A DNA stretch of 64,000 nt from an uncultured virus (IMG/VR IMGVR_UViG_3300032117_000008) (Duplodnaviria; Heunggongvirae; Uroviricota; Caudoviricetes). The notes under the pieces were generated by a model. It was not told where the DNA came from and made no database searches. It saw only the letters and a program-made list of their open reading frames with translations. Below, piece after piece: positions 25,069 to 33,969 of this stretch (position 1 is the stretch's first letter; each line of letters begins with the position of its first letter). The stretch lies in IMG/VR virus record IMGVR_UViG_3300032117_000008. One strand, written 5' to 3'. A program made the translations under genes and the position numbers.

Positions 25069-26072
25069 TAAATTGTCCTGTAAATAAATTTTTGTTGTGG
25101 CTTGCCACGAGACTCAACAGTCTTATATTTACCGAGTTGATCCTCAATCATCACATCCCACTTATGTTTGATTAGATTGATGTTGTAACGAGTATCAACA
25201 AAAACCTTATTGAACATAATCATATTTTGTTCCTGATTGCTTTTCACAAAATTAATTGCATTATTCAGATGATTGATGAAAATATTCGCGTGATGATTTT
25301 TGTCCATAAGATCGGCATGATACATAAGATTCAATCCGCCAGAAGTTTCTGGTAATGCACCAACATCAGAATGAACACAGACCAATCCAGCTGACATAGC
25401 TTCTAACATAGCTCTACAGCTGGTTTCGTACCAAATACTTGGATAAGCAAAAATATGAGCCTTGTTCAACGCTTCCTTCAATTCTTCATTAGGAACGTAT
25501 CCATGATAAGTCATTTGAGGATGATTTCTGATTTGATCATACATAGGCTCAAACGACTTATCAGCATCTTCCCAACCGTAAATCTTAAAACTTGAATATA
25601 CATCTAGATGAATTTCTGGATGCATCTTCGCCAATGAATCAAACACCGGCAAAAGAATTTCCAATCCTCTTTGCGGGGTTGAAGTGTACACCAATCGAAT
25701 CTTGTCTTTTGGTTTAACCAAAGCTGATTGTGGCGCTGGTTCAATACCGGATTCAATTACGATTGACTTAGGATCGTGAGCCAATCCATGAATTAGCTGA
25801 TACCTTTGCATCTGCCAGTTAGAAATAAAAACAAACTTATGATAGTTATCCCTAAAAGATTGATCCCTGAACTTCGCCGATTCAGGATCTTCTGGTAGAT
25901 CATGACACCAGAAAACTCTAATTTTTTCCCAATTTAGTTCGCGTTCCCTTGAACATACAATTTGAAATTCTTCCAAATCTTTTGGATTAATTAGAGAAGC
26001 TAGCTTACGTTTAGCAAGCTCAGTTCCGCCGTTAGCCTTTATAGAAATTTCGTTTTCTTCAAATCCAATCAT
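25068..26072 (-). CDS. GT-B glycosyltransferase (GT4-like)
   Basis: YTSTPQRGL, ETSCRAMLEAMSAG, GALPET. Confidence 0.8.
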   Translation of the reverse strand: MIGFEENEISIKANGGTELAKRKLASLINPKDLEEFQIVCSRERELNWEKIRVFWCHDLPEDPESAKFRDQSFRDNYHKFVFISNWQMQRYQLIHGLAHDPKSIVIESGIEPAPQSALVKPKDKIRLVYTSTPQRGLEILLPVFDSLAKMHPEIHLDVYSSFKIYGWEDADKSFEPMYDQIRNHPQMTYHGYVPNEELKEALNKAHIFAYPSIWYETSCRAMLEAMSAGLVCVHSDVGALPETSGGLNLMYHADLMDKNHHANIFINHLNNAINFVKSNQEQNMIMFNKVFVDTRYNINLIKHKWDVMIEDQLGKYKTVESRGKPQQKFIYRTI

Positions 26073-26800
26073 ATTGTGTACCCCGATTTAATAGCATCAT
26101 TATAGAACATTTGGCAAGTTTCTTTAGAAAATTGTGTTAAATCTTTACCGAAACCCTTAACCTTTTTGATGAGATCAGGAGTCATGGTTATAATATCACA
26201 ACCGGACCATTCGGCGTGTTTAATGTTATAAGCTTCTCTAGAAGAAGCCCATAGAAATTCTGCTTTACCGCCTTCGTTTCTAATATCATCATACAAACCA
26301 ACACAACGAGAAACAATTGATTCCGGATCTTCACCAGCGTCCGCAATACGACCAGCGAAAATTGAAATTATACTAGGAACTTCTGGGCAAAATCTATCGA
26401 TTATATTGCTTACTTGATATTCGGTAAAAACCGCAGTAACGTTAAGATTAATTCCTTCATAACTTAAACTTTGAATCAAATCATAAGTATCTTCGCCCGA
26501 AGTATACATGACAGGAATTTTTACATATACTTGATAATTCTTTTCGTTACCCCAATCACTGATAATTCTAGCTTGTCGACGAATTTCGTCAGGTTCATCG
26601 GCGAACACTTCTAAACTTAGAGTTGTTTCGGGCCTATTCCTTGCCAAAAATTTAATAACGTTTTTGGCAAATTCTTCATAATTCATAACGCCAGCTTGAC
26701 GCATCAAAGTTGGATTAGTTGTAAACCCCGTTATTGTTTTATCTCCAGCCGCATCGATTATTCCCACCATATCGGCGCCATCGGCGTATAATTTAATCAT
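26069..26800 (-). CDS. tal: Transaldolase (TalC-type)
   Basis: GFTTNPTL, YVKIP (Schiff-base Lys), NVTAVF, FAGRIAD. Confidence 0.85.
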   Translation of the reverse strand: MIKLYADGADMVGIIDAAGDKTITGFTTNPTLMRQAGVMNYEEFAKNVIKFLARNRPETTLSLEVFADEPDEIRRQARIISDWGNEKNYQVYVKIPVMYTSGEDTYDLIQSLSYEGINLNVTAVFTEYQVSNIIDRFCPEVPSIISIFAGRIADAGEDPESIVSRCVGLYDDIRNEGGKAEFLWASSREAYNIKHAEWSGCDIITMTPDLIKKVKGFGKDLTQFSKETCQMFYNDAIKSGYTI

Positions 26801-27327
26801 TTATTAATCTCCTCAATCAAGGTACAAGCTTCTAAAACATTAGAAACAATATAATCAGGTTGTATATTTCTATATTCGTAAGGGTATGTGTATTCTTCAC
26901 CAACGAAAATAGTTTTTAGTTTGCTTCTATTACCAGCAACTATATCTTTCCAACGATCACCTATTATATAGGATTTACTACGATCGATCAAGTATTTTTT
27001 AATTATATCTTCAATCATACCGTTGTTGGGTTTATACATATTGGAATTTCTATCGTCAGCGTAGTATATATCATCTATTCTCAACCAATTAGAAATCATT
27101 CTATGCATATTATCTAAATCTTTGTAAGACAATGGACCTTTGACGTCAGGTTGATTTGTTACAACAAAAGTTTTATAGTCCATATTTCTGACGATATTCA
27201 CCGCTACTTTAACATTATCAATAAATTGAAACTCGTCGAGAAACCAAGGGGCTGTTTTAGAACCATCTGGTCTTTCGACGAGTTTATTAATTACACCATC
27301 ACGATCAAAAAAAATTGCTCGATTCAT
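26797..27327 (-). CDS. gmhB: Heptose-1,7-bisphosphate phosphatase (HAD)
   Basis: FFDRDGVIN, VTNQ, KP..GM, IGDRWKD. Confidence 0.82.
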   Translation of the reverse strand: MNRAIFFDRDGVINKLVERPDGSKTAPWFLDEFQFIDNVKVAVNIVRNMDYKTFVVTNQPDVKGPLSYKDLDNMHRMISNWLRIDDIYYADDRNSNMYKPNNGMIEDIIKKYLIDRSKSYIIGDRWKDIVAGNRSKLKTIFVGEEYTYPYEYRNIQPDYIVSNVLEACTLIEEINK

Positions 27328-27328
27328 T

Positions 27329-27913
27329 TCACCACTTTGTTTTATTAACCTGTAAAGAAGGATTGGAAACTATAGCATGCCAAATAACAGCTTGAAAAGC
27401 TTCGCTATGTGGCGTGATTCTGGAAGGTTGAATAGGAGGAACTACTACACAATAATCAGCGTTGTAAGCGGTGTATCCGTCTTTCTTACCGACTATACCC
27501 AATACGACGGCGTTTTTTGATTTTGCTTGATCGATGGCCTTAATTAATCCTACAGAAACGTTTTTATTCTTATCGCCACCACCAACAGATAAAATAAAAA
27601 GAGCATCTTTTGAACTTAACTTACTGATTTTAAGATATTCATCAAATACGGTGTCAAACCCTTCGTCATTTGTTCTAGCAGTAAGCTCTGGAACGTTATC
27701 TGTGGGGCAATAAGACTCGATACCACAAAGCTTACGTAGGTCGTTGACCAGGTGAGAAGCGTTTCCTGCTGATCCTCCAACACCGAGAACGAAAACCCTC
27801 CCGTTTGATTCTCTGACTCTTTTGAGAGCGGCAACTAACTTCTCCACCATATTTTTATCTATAGCTTCGGCAATAGAAACTACTTCTTCAAAGTATTTAT
27901 CACTAAAACTCAT
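27329..27913 (-). CDS. gmhA: Phosphoheptose isomerase (SIS domain)
   Basis: GVGGSAGNASH, TARTND. Confidence 0.8.
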   Translation of the reverse strand: MSFSDKYFEEVVSIAEAIDKNMVEKLVAALKRVRESNGRVFVLGVGGSAGNASHLVNDLRKLCGIESYCPTDNVPELTARTNDEGFDTVFDEYLKISKLSSKDALFILSVGGGDKNKNVSVGLIKAIDQAKSKNAVVLGIVGKKDGYTAYNADYCVVVPPIQPSRITPHSEAFQAVIWHAIVSNPSLQVNKTKW

Positions 27914-28313
27914 TCAACTTATTCCTCAATCTAGAAGAGCTCCACCGGTGGAATCTCTTATTGTAAATTATTTCAATATTTCTATGAATACAAAGAGCTT
28001 GACCAGTATGTACTTCCCCGTAATGATCATAACCTATAAATCTTTTTTGAATGTCTATGATACTTAGTAAATTTTCTAGATCACCTTCAGTCTCGTAGGG
28101 ATATATCTCGTCTACGTAACGAATAGATTTGAGTTGTATAAACCTTTCGAGCAAACTTTGAACGGGGTTATTTTTTAATTTTGGTCTGTCGATAGTCGGA
28201 TCGGTTTGTAGACCGACGATCAGCCTGTCACATTGACTACGACATTCTTCAAGCATAGCGCAATGACCAGCATGAAGAATATCAAATGTACCACACGTAA
28301 ATCCAGTAATCAC
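27903..28313 (-). CDS. Cytidylyltransferase-like nucleotidyltransferase (TagD/HldE-C type)
   Basis: GTFDILHAGH, WSSSRLR. Confidence 0.8.
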   Translation of the reverse strand: MITGFTCGTFDILHAGHCAMLEECRSQCDRLIVGLQTDPTIDRPKLKNNPVQSLLERFIQLKSIRYVDEIYPYETEGDLENLLSIIDIQKRFIGYDHYGEVHTGQALCIHRNIEIIYNKRFHRWSSSRLRNKLNEF

Positions 28314-28684
28314 GCCTGTCTCGTCAAATAGTTTGGTCTAATATACTTAGCACCAAAGAATTCCTTAACCAAATTGATTACCACTTGATCATCATATTCC
28401 TTACATGAAAAAACATCGAGGTAAAGTGCGTTACCACCATTTCCGTCATCAGGAACAAAATGAGCACAAATATTCGATGTTTCAATAAGCTGGACCAAAG
28501 TATAGCCAGCCTTATTACCAGAACCAAATTCAACGATCTGCGGCTCGCCGTAAGCGACCATATCGATATCCTTGACTAGTCTCTTAGTGAAATTGTAAAT
28601 ATTTTCATAACTCGTGATCGCGCCGTGATCGAGTTCGGCACAATCCAAAAGTAAGCTATAGCCCCAATAAGATTTATCATTCAT
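28310..28684 (-). CDS. S-adenosylmethionine decarboxylase-like proenzyme
   Basis: GYTLVQLIETSNICAHF, YLDVFSCK. Confidence 0.75.
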   Translation of the reverse strand: MNDKSYWGYSLLLDCAELDHGAITSYENIYNFTKRLVKDIDMVAYGEPQIVEFGSGNKAGYTLVQLIETSNICAHFVPDDGNGGNALYLDVFSCKEYDDQVVINLVKEFFGAKYIRPNYLTRQA

Positions 28685-29284
28685 TTATATTTCCTTTCAT
28701 TTTACAGTTTTCATTATGCCATCTAATTAGATTTGTTTTTCCTCCGATGTTTTTTGAACAAACAAAACAAATATATTTCTTTTTAGGAATACGAAGTTTT
28801 TCTTTTATGTTTTCGGAGAATGTTTTTCCTTTATTTGGACTAGGTATCTTTTTATTTTTTCTAGTTTCTGAAATTTTCTTTTTAGTTTCTAAAGATACTT
28901 CATGTCCTAATAATGAAACAGAACGTTTTATGTTAGCTTTTTCTAATTGTTCTGAAGTTTTATGACGATGACCATTAAATTTACCTTCCGTCTTAGCTTT
29001 TATATAATTTTCGCTCTTAGAAGTGTCGCCGCCATCGCCGCCATCCGTTTGATTGTATAATATACCATTTCCAATATCTTTTCTACCAAATAATTTTATG
29101 TAAGATTTTTCCAAAAAACAAGCGGTTTCATTAGTTATATTTTTATGATAAAATATAATTTTTGATTTATTTTTTGGAACGCTTATTGTATGTTTTTATA
29201 AGCTCTTCTACCCTTACCTTTACCAATATAATATGGTGTATTGTTTTCTTCTCTAAGATACGCATAAACGTGATAAATATTCAT
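28677..29284 (-). pseudogene. GIY-YIG/NUMOD3 endonuclease with a one-base frameshift
   Basis: VYAYLRE..TPYYIGKG in one frame and LYNQTDGGDG in another; shift falls in an A5 run near 29193-29197. Confidence 0.75.
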
Positions 29285-29349
29285 AGCTGTGTCCTTCGTT
29301 TGACATAGAGTCAGTGGGACTGGTACTCCGCGACTGACACAACTATTTA

Positions 29350-29796
29350 TTAAAAATCGCCCGGCTGGACTTGCAAACAACGAAGACCTTCTGTTCTCCA
29401 CATATCAACAACACGTTGACGATCTTCAAATACTATTGTCGGATTATAACCGTCTTTACGAATCTGGTCAAGAAGTTCTTTCTTAACAACATCATCCGAT
29501 CTATAATCATTGAGTGGTCGCATATAAAGCTTGTCAAAAAGAAAGTCTAGATAATGCATTCTCAACCAATTAATGGTGTCGTCTCGCTCGTTTTCCATTC
29601 TTCCTGTACAGAGTACCAGCTTCGAACCAGAAGCTTTAAGTGATTCTAGAATATAGATGATGTCAAAATGCGGCTCGTCTTCCATGACACCCTTTTCATA
29701 AGACTTCCAATCTTTGGGAGACTTACGGATATGGTGAACTCTATGGGAATTGTCGGCTATGGTGCCGTCGATATCAACAATAACATCATGCATCAT
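29350..29796 (-). CDS. PNKP-type 3'-phosphatase (PseT C-terminal HAD domain)
   Basis: DIDGTIA, TGR, MRP..D.R.D..VK, FEDR. Confidence 0.85.
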   Translation of the reverse strand: MMHDVIVDIDGTIADNSHRVHHIRKSPKDWKSYEKGVMEDEPHFDIIYILESLKASGSKLVLCTGRMENERDDTINWLRMHYLDFLFDKLYMRPLNDYRSDDVVKKELLDQIRKDGYNPTIVFEDRQRVVDMWRTEGLRCLQVQPGDF

Positions 29797-30070
29797 AATT
29801 AATCCTGTTGATGTATTTAAGTTTTTGTTCTTCAGGCCATCCCTTTAGATAAGGACTATCTTCATCGAACATACGAAGGTATTCTTCTTTATTTATTTCT
29901 CTATGAGAAAAGATCACTTGGCCGAGATGTTGCTGACTAAACTCATGAAAATTTTCAGCGTCACTTTCTCTAACGACTTCATCAAGAGCAGGATCAATAT
30001 TATCTTCAACCTCAACACAATAACGAATACGGTGTTGAGATATGCATTCGACTATAACCAACTTTTTCAT
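29786..30070 (-). CDS. Hypothetical protein
   Basis: Operon-packed ORF. Confidence 0.6.
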   Translation of the reverse strand: MKKLVIVECISQHRIRYCVEVEDNIDPALDEVVRESDAENFHEFSQQHLGQVIFSHREINKEEYLRMFDEDSPYLKGWPEEQKLKYINRINYDA

Positions 30071-30077
30071 TTTATCC

Positions 30078-30341
30078 TCAGTAATTGTGGCTCACGTTCT
30101 GAACGTAAGTTACGGAATCTACACGGAAAGAACGCCAACCGTTGTTAAGGATATCCCAAACAGCAATAACGTCGGTATTTTCCCTATGAAATTTATGATC
30201 TTCATTGATATTATACTTTGGAGGCAAAAGATCAGGCCTTAGAGTACAACGCATTGTGCGCTGTTCGCCGTTAACTTTATTAAACTGAACTTCAATCACG
30301 TACATACGTAGATCGTTCAAAAGATCGTCGCGATTAATCAT
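30078..30341 (-). CDS. WYL-like/SH3-fold small protein
   Basis: FNKVNGEQRTMRCTL, VWD...GWRSFR. Confidence 0.7.
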   Translation of the reverse strand: MINRDDLLNDLRMYVIEVQFNKVNGEQRTMRCTLRPDLLPPKYNINEDHKFHRENTDVIAVWDILNNGWRSFRVDSVTYVQNVSHNY

Positions 30342-30342
30342 A

Positions 30343-30606
30343 TTAAATTCCCTCATTCAAAAGTTTACGATTATCCTGTGTTTCTTCAGTTAGATACTTT
30401 TTAAGATTTTCAAACCCGCCAATGTTGAAACCATCTATAACAACAACAGGAAAAGATTTCGCGTTCGGAAAAATTTCCAAAAGGCTTTCTCTAGAAAAAT
30501 CTTCGTCTAACTTTAGTTCTGTATAATTAATTCCTTTAGAGCTAAGTAGCATCTTAGAATTAACGCAGAATTTACAATTCGATTTAGTATATATTGTAAC
30601 GTTCAT
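30343..30606 (-). CDS. Glutaredoxin
   Basis: CKFC, SFP, IGGF. Confidence 0.88.
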   Translation of the reverse strand: MNVTIYTKSNCKFCVNSKMLLSSKGINYTELKLDEDFSRESLLEIFPNAKSFPVVVIDGFNIGGFENLKKYLTEETQDNRKLLNEGI

Positions 30607-30766
30607 CCTAGCATAATCTCCCAATATTTCTTAATATCCTCAGAATTTGAGGAATCAAATCCCAAAATAAACATATCATATTCAACAAGCAGTTCTAGAT
30701 CGCTTTTCATATTATATCTCCTTCATAACCTTACTTAGTATAACCTGATACGGTTCAAAAGTCAAG

Positions 30767-30955
30767 TCATTCATCTTCTTTAACCACCTTTAGCCCCATT
30801 TTTACAAGGTATTTAATTTGGTCAATATCCGAATAATCTATGACTGCATAACCATTCTGAGTGCTCGGAAAACGGTTAGTTATACTTTCTATTCTTTTAA
30901 GAATGTCTACGCACCAATTAAGGTCAGCTGATTTAACTAATTCTTCTGTTGTCAT
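30767..30955 (-). CDS. Hypothetical protein
   Basis: GGAG RBS. Confidence 0.45.
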   Translation of the reverse strand: MTTEELVKSADLNWCVDILKRIESITNRFPSTQNGYAVIDYSDIDQIKYLVKMGLKVVKEDE

Positions 30956-30996
30956 AACAAACTCCAAATTAAAAGGGTGGGATTTCTCCCACCCCA

Positions 30997-31638
30997 TTAT
31001 ATATATCTGTATGCTACTACTCTGCTTCTAGCATAAGTACCAACACCGACTTTTCTGCCATGGTTTCCCGAAATCAAAATAGGATTACCATGTTTATCAT
31101 AACCAGAAACAACCCCGACGTGACCACCGCCTCGACGAGTTGTTACGGCAACACAGTTAACACAACCATAAGATGCTGGTTGTCCCCTGTGTTTATATGA
31201 CATAGCAGTTCGATCATTACCAGAATGTGTGATCATATTCATGAAATCAGCACACCAAAGGCTACGAGGAAGTCCTAGTTGTCTAGCTGTTGCACCAACA
31301 TATCTTAATGCTTTATTAGCCAAACCGTTTCCTTGTCTGATCGACTGTTCGATAAACCCAAAATGTTCTTGGGTCTTTCTTTTGTTATTATCAAGAGTTT
31401 CAACTACATTTCTTGCTCTATCTTTCGCAAAAAATGCGGCTGGACTATTGTCATCATTCGAATAATATATTTGCGGTTCTTGTTTTTGACCAATCACCAT
31501 ATTCACTTTTTTGTTTTTATGCTTGTATACTACAACATGATGATAATGATGTCTCTTATGTCTTGGTCTAGCATTAGCTGTAGAAACTACGCCAATACTA
31601 ACTAGCATTGCTACTAGTGAAAATATAAGCTTTTTCAT
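30997..31638 (-). CDS. Secreted CHAP/NlpC-like peptidoglycan hydrolase
   Basis: Signal peptide; WCADF, GHVG, SGN. Confidence 0.75.
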   Translation of the reverse strand: MKKLIFSLVAMLVSIGVVSTANARPRHKRHHYHHVVVYKHKNKKVNMVIGQKQEPQIYYSNDDNSPAAFFAKDRARNVVETLDNNKRKTQEHFGFIEQSIRQGNGLANKALRYVGATARQLGLPRSLWCADFMNMITHSGNDRTAMSYKHRGQPASYGCVNCVAVTTRRGGGHVGVVSGYDKHGNPILISGNHGRKVGVGTYARSRVVAYRYI

Positions 31639-31678
31639 TACTTTTCCTTTTGTTTACGTCGCTATTAAGAGAAATATA

Positions 31679-32047
31679 TTATCTCAAAACTTCCATTATC
31701 AATCTAGTTTTACCTTGACTAATAAAACCAAGTTTTTGAGCACCGCCTCTTGTAACGTCCAACCCCGTCCCTCTTACGAATGGACCCCTGTCATTGACAA
31801 TAGCAACTATGGACTTTCCATTATTCGGATTAGTCAGTTTGAGTTGAGTTCCAAATGGTAGGGTACGATGAGCGACAGAATATCCATTTGGATCGAAATG
31901 TTGACCGCTGGCAGTTCTTCGACCAGAAGAATACCAGGAGGCAACAATACCGCTTTTTTGAGCGGTAATTTTATTTATAGGATAAGAATTTGTAGTTTGA
32001 CAGCCGCCAAGGAAAAAGAAAATCGGCAAAAGATACAAATATTTCAT
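31679..32047 (-). CDS. RlpA-like lytic transglycosylase lipoprotein
   Basis: LGGC lipobox; ASWY, TASG, AHRTLPFGT, NDRGPF. Confidence 0.88.
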   Translation of the reverse strand: MKYLYLLPIFFFLGGCQTTNSYPINKITAQKSGIVASWYSSGRRTASGQHFDPNGYSVAHRTLPFGTQLKLTNPNNGKSIVAIVNDRGPFVRGTGLDVTRGGAQKLGFISQGKTRLIMEVLR

Positions 32048-32067
32048 GATGTAGACTTTCAAAATAG

Positions 32068-32143
32068 TGGTTGTCCTACCGGGAATTGAACCCAGATCTG
32101 ACGCTTATAAGGCGCCTGCTCTAACCGATTGAGCTATAGGACG
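32068..32143 (-). tRNA. tRNA-Ile(UAU)
   Basis: GGCGC-CTTATAA-GCGTC arm, CCA; C1:A72 mismatch. Confidence 0.8.
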
Positions 32144-32807
32144 ATAATTTACTAATTATATCATAATTCTGTTTTTTTATTAAGTCAATTTCTTTTTGTT
32201 TGATTACTAATATTTTTTTATCTAATTGGCTCCATTTAGCCCTATCACGATCTGTTTCATATCCCTTTACTTCAATATAACAATTATATTCTTCAATTAA
32301 AAAATCTGGAAAATATAAATGCCAATCATCATTCCAAAAATAAGAAATTGGTTTTATATTACTTCTGATCCATTTAATATTATTTTTATCTAAAAATTTT
32401 GCAACTTCATATTCCCAAGTGCTATTAAATCTAACACCATCGATTGTAAAATGTTTTGATCTTCCAACTATGTTTTTATCAGAATAAGATTCTGGGTGTT
32501 CTAATACCGCCTTTTTCATTATTTTTGAATGTTTTTTTCTATTTTCAGGATTAGAATAGTATTCTTTTGTTTTTATAGAAGCTTTTTGTCTTTGTTCTAA
32601 AGAAGCGGGAGGACACAATAATCTTTTTTGTCTTTGTTTTTCTTTATATTCAGGCGATTGATGAAAATCAAATTTAATTTCTATTCCCGCTTCTTTTCGT
32701 TTTTGAATCCAAGTTTTTTCTTTATTTGTATTTTCTTTACATAGTCTCTCATGATTTCTTAAAGAATTCAAATTTTTCTTTAATTGATTGCAGAATTTAC
32801 ATTTCAT
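32121..32807 (-). CDS. Zn-finger plus PD-(D/E)xK putative homing endonuclease
   Basis: CKFC...NSLRNHERLC; YFPDF...IEVKG; late promoter 32835-32842. Confidence 0.75.
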   Translation of the reverse strand: MKCKFCNQLKKNLNSLRNHERLCKENTNKEKTWIQKRKEAGIEIKFDFHQSPEYKEKQRQKRLLCPPASLEQRQKASIKTKEYYSNPENRKKHSKIMKKAVLEHPESYSDKNIVGRSKHFTIDGVRFNSTWEYEVAKFLDKNNIKWIRSNIKPISYFWNDDWHLYFPDFLIEEYNCYIEVKGYETDRDRAKWSQLDKKILVIKQKEIDLIKKQNYDIISKLSSYSSIG

Positions 32808-32858
32808 ATAAAATACTCCTATTAATTATAGAAGTATTTATAAAAATTAAATTTTAAA

Positions 32859-32891
32859 GAGCGACCGGCTTCACCTTTAAGCTACGCGCCT
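32859..32891 (-). pseudogene. Orphan tRNA 5' half
   Basis: AGGCGCG-TA-GCTT-AAAGGTG-AAGC-C-GGTCG-CTC, then AT-rich sequence. Confidence 0.6.
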
Positions 32892-32898
32892 GTATTAT

Positions 32899-33387
32899 TT
32901 AAGCAGCAATACTTTCGTTGTTCGTTAGAATTTCCTTCAAACGATCAGCACAAAATGAAGCTGCTGGTGCCTCTGGCTTAACCTTTGGAGTAACACCACA
33001 CATACCACGAATATAACCAGTTGCCTGTGTGATAACACAAGACGAACCATGCATTTCGTTTGGATTGATATCAAGGTGCAACTCGAAATGACGATCACCA
33101 ATGGCTTCGGCAAGGTCGATATACATCTGAGCAGCACGATAAACTTCGTTCATCAGACGAAAAGCTGGCTTTTCTTTCTTCTGATCAAAATCACGTTCTA
33201 CATCTGACTTACCAAATACCTTACAACCCTTGTTGCCATCAATATGAACAACAACAGCCACAGTATAATCAGCATACCAAACCTCATTCTTACGATAACG
33301 TTCGGAATCAGCGCCGATATAAATCTTTGTCTCGTTAGAAGAATTCTTGATGAAATCAATTACTTCCTTAAGATCAAACTCTTTCAT
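32899..33387 (-). CDS. RNase H-like YkuK-family protein
   Basis: IYIGADS, RLMNEV, LHLDIN, AASFCAD. Confidence 0.75.
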   Translation of the reverse strand: MKEFDLKEVIDFIKNSSNETKIYIGADSERYRKNEVWYADYTVAVVVHIDGNKGCKVFGKSDVERDFDQKKEKPAFRLMNEVYRAAQMYIDLAEAIGDRHFELHLDINPNEMHGSSCVITQATGYIRGMCGVTPKVKPEAPAASFCADRLKEILTNNESIAA

Positions 33388-33411
33388 TTTACACCTTTAA
33401 AAAATTAGAGA

Positions 33412-33501
33412 CTACCTCTTACGATTACGTCGTGCCCTGCGCTTCTTAGAACCAACCTTACGGCGACCCTTACGCGGGCGATTCTTATGCGGATGACTCA
33501 T
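33412..33501 (-). CDS. 29-aa Arg/Lys-rich peptide
   Basis: GGAG RBS; MSHPHKNRPRKGRRKVGSKKRRARRNRKR. Confidence 0.6.
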   Translation of the reverse strand: MSHPHKNRPRKGRRKVGSKKRRARRNRKR

Positions 33502-33599
33502 GTTACAGTTCTCCATTCTTCTTCATTAGAATCCAAAGAGCCTTACCAGCATCTTTACCAAACTTATTCTGCATCTTAATCAACTTCTTATGTGCCTTC

Positions 33600-33872
33600 T
33601 TATTCATCATTACCTCCTTCGAAAATATCAACAAACTCAGTTTTACGTTGTTCGTCACTTGTATAATACTCTAGAACGCGCTTAAAACATTCAAGATATA
33701 TCATATCGTCTTGTAAGTCTCTTACTTCATGTTGACGAATCGACTCCTTAGATAAGAACCTATCTATCTCTTCGATAAGAGTTCTTGCCGAATCTGCTAG
33801 ACTTTGGATTAGCACAGTTTCCTCAAGCGAACTAAAGGCTTCGGGTGTCAATTCCAACATAACTTTCATCAT
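33600..33872 (-). CDS. Hypothetical protein
   Basis: GGAG RBS before MMKV. Confidence 0.55.
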   Translation of the reverse strand: MMKVMLELTPEAFSSLEETVLIQSLADSARTLIEEIDRFLSKESIRQHEVRDLQDDMIYLECFKRVLEYYTSDEQRKTEFVDIFEGGNDE

Positions 33873-33890
33873 ATATCTCCGATCAGAAAT

Positions 33891-33969
33891 TGGTGCCCGT
33901 GGTGGGATTCGAACCCACACTGTATTGATTTTAAGTCAATTGCCTACTAACCTGTTGGGCTACACGGGC
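33891..33969 (-). tRNA. tRNA-Leu(UAA)
   Basis: ATTGA-CTTAAAA-TCAAT arm, CCA. Confidence 0.85.

Noticed and set aside
29285..29401. N-terminal extension of ORF 29183..29401 (and likewise 34677..34718)
   Set aside because: Overlaps the upstream gene or the structured leader; the RBS supports ATG at 29284 and 34719
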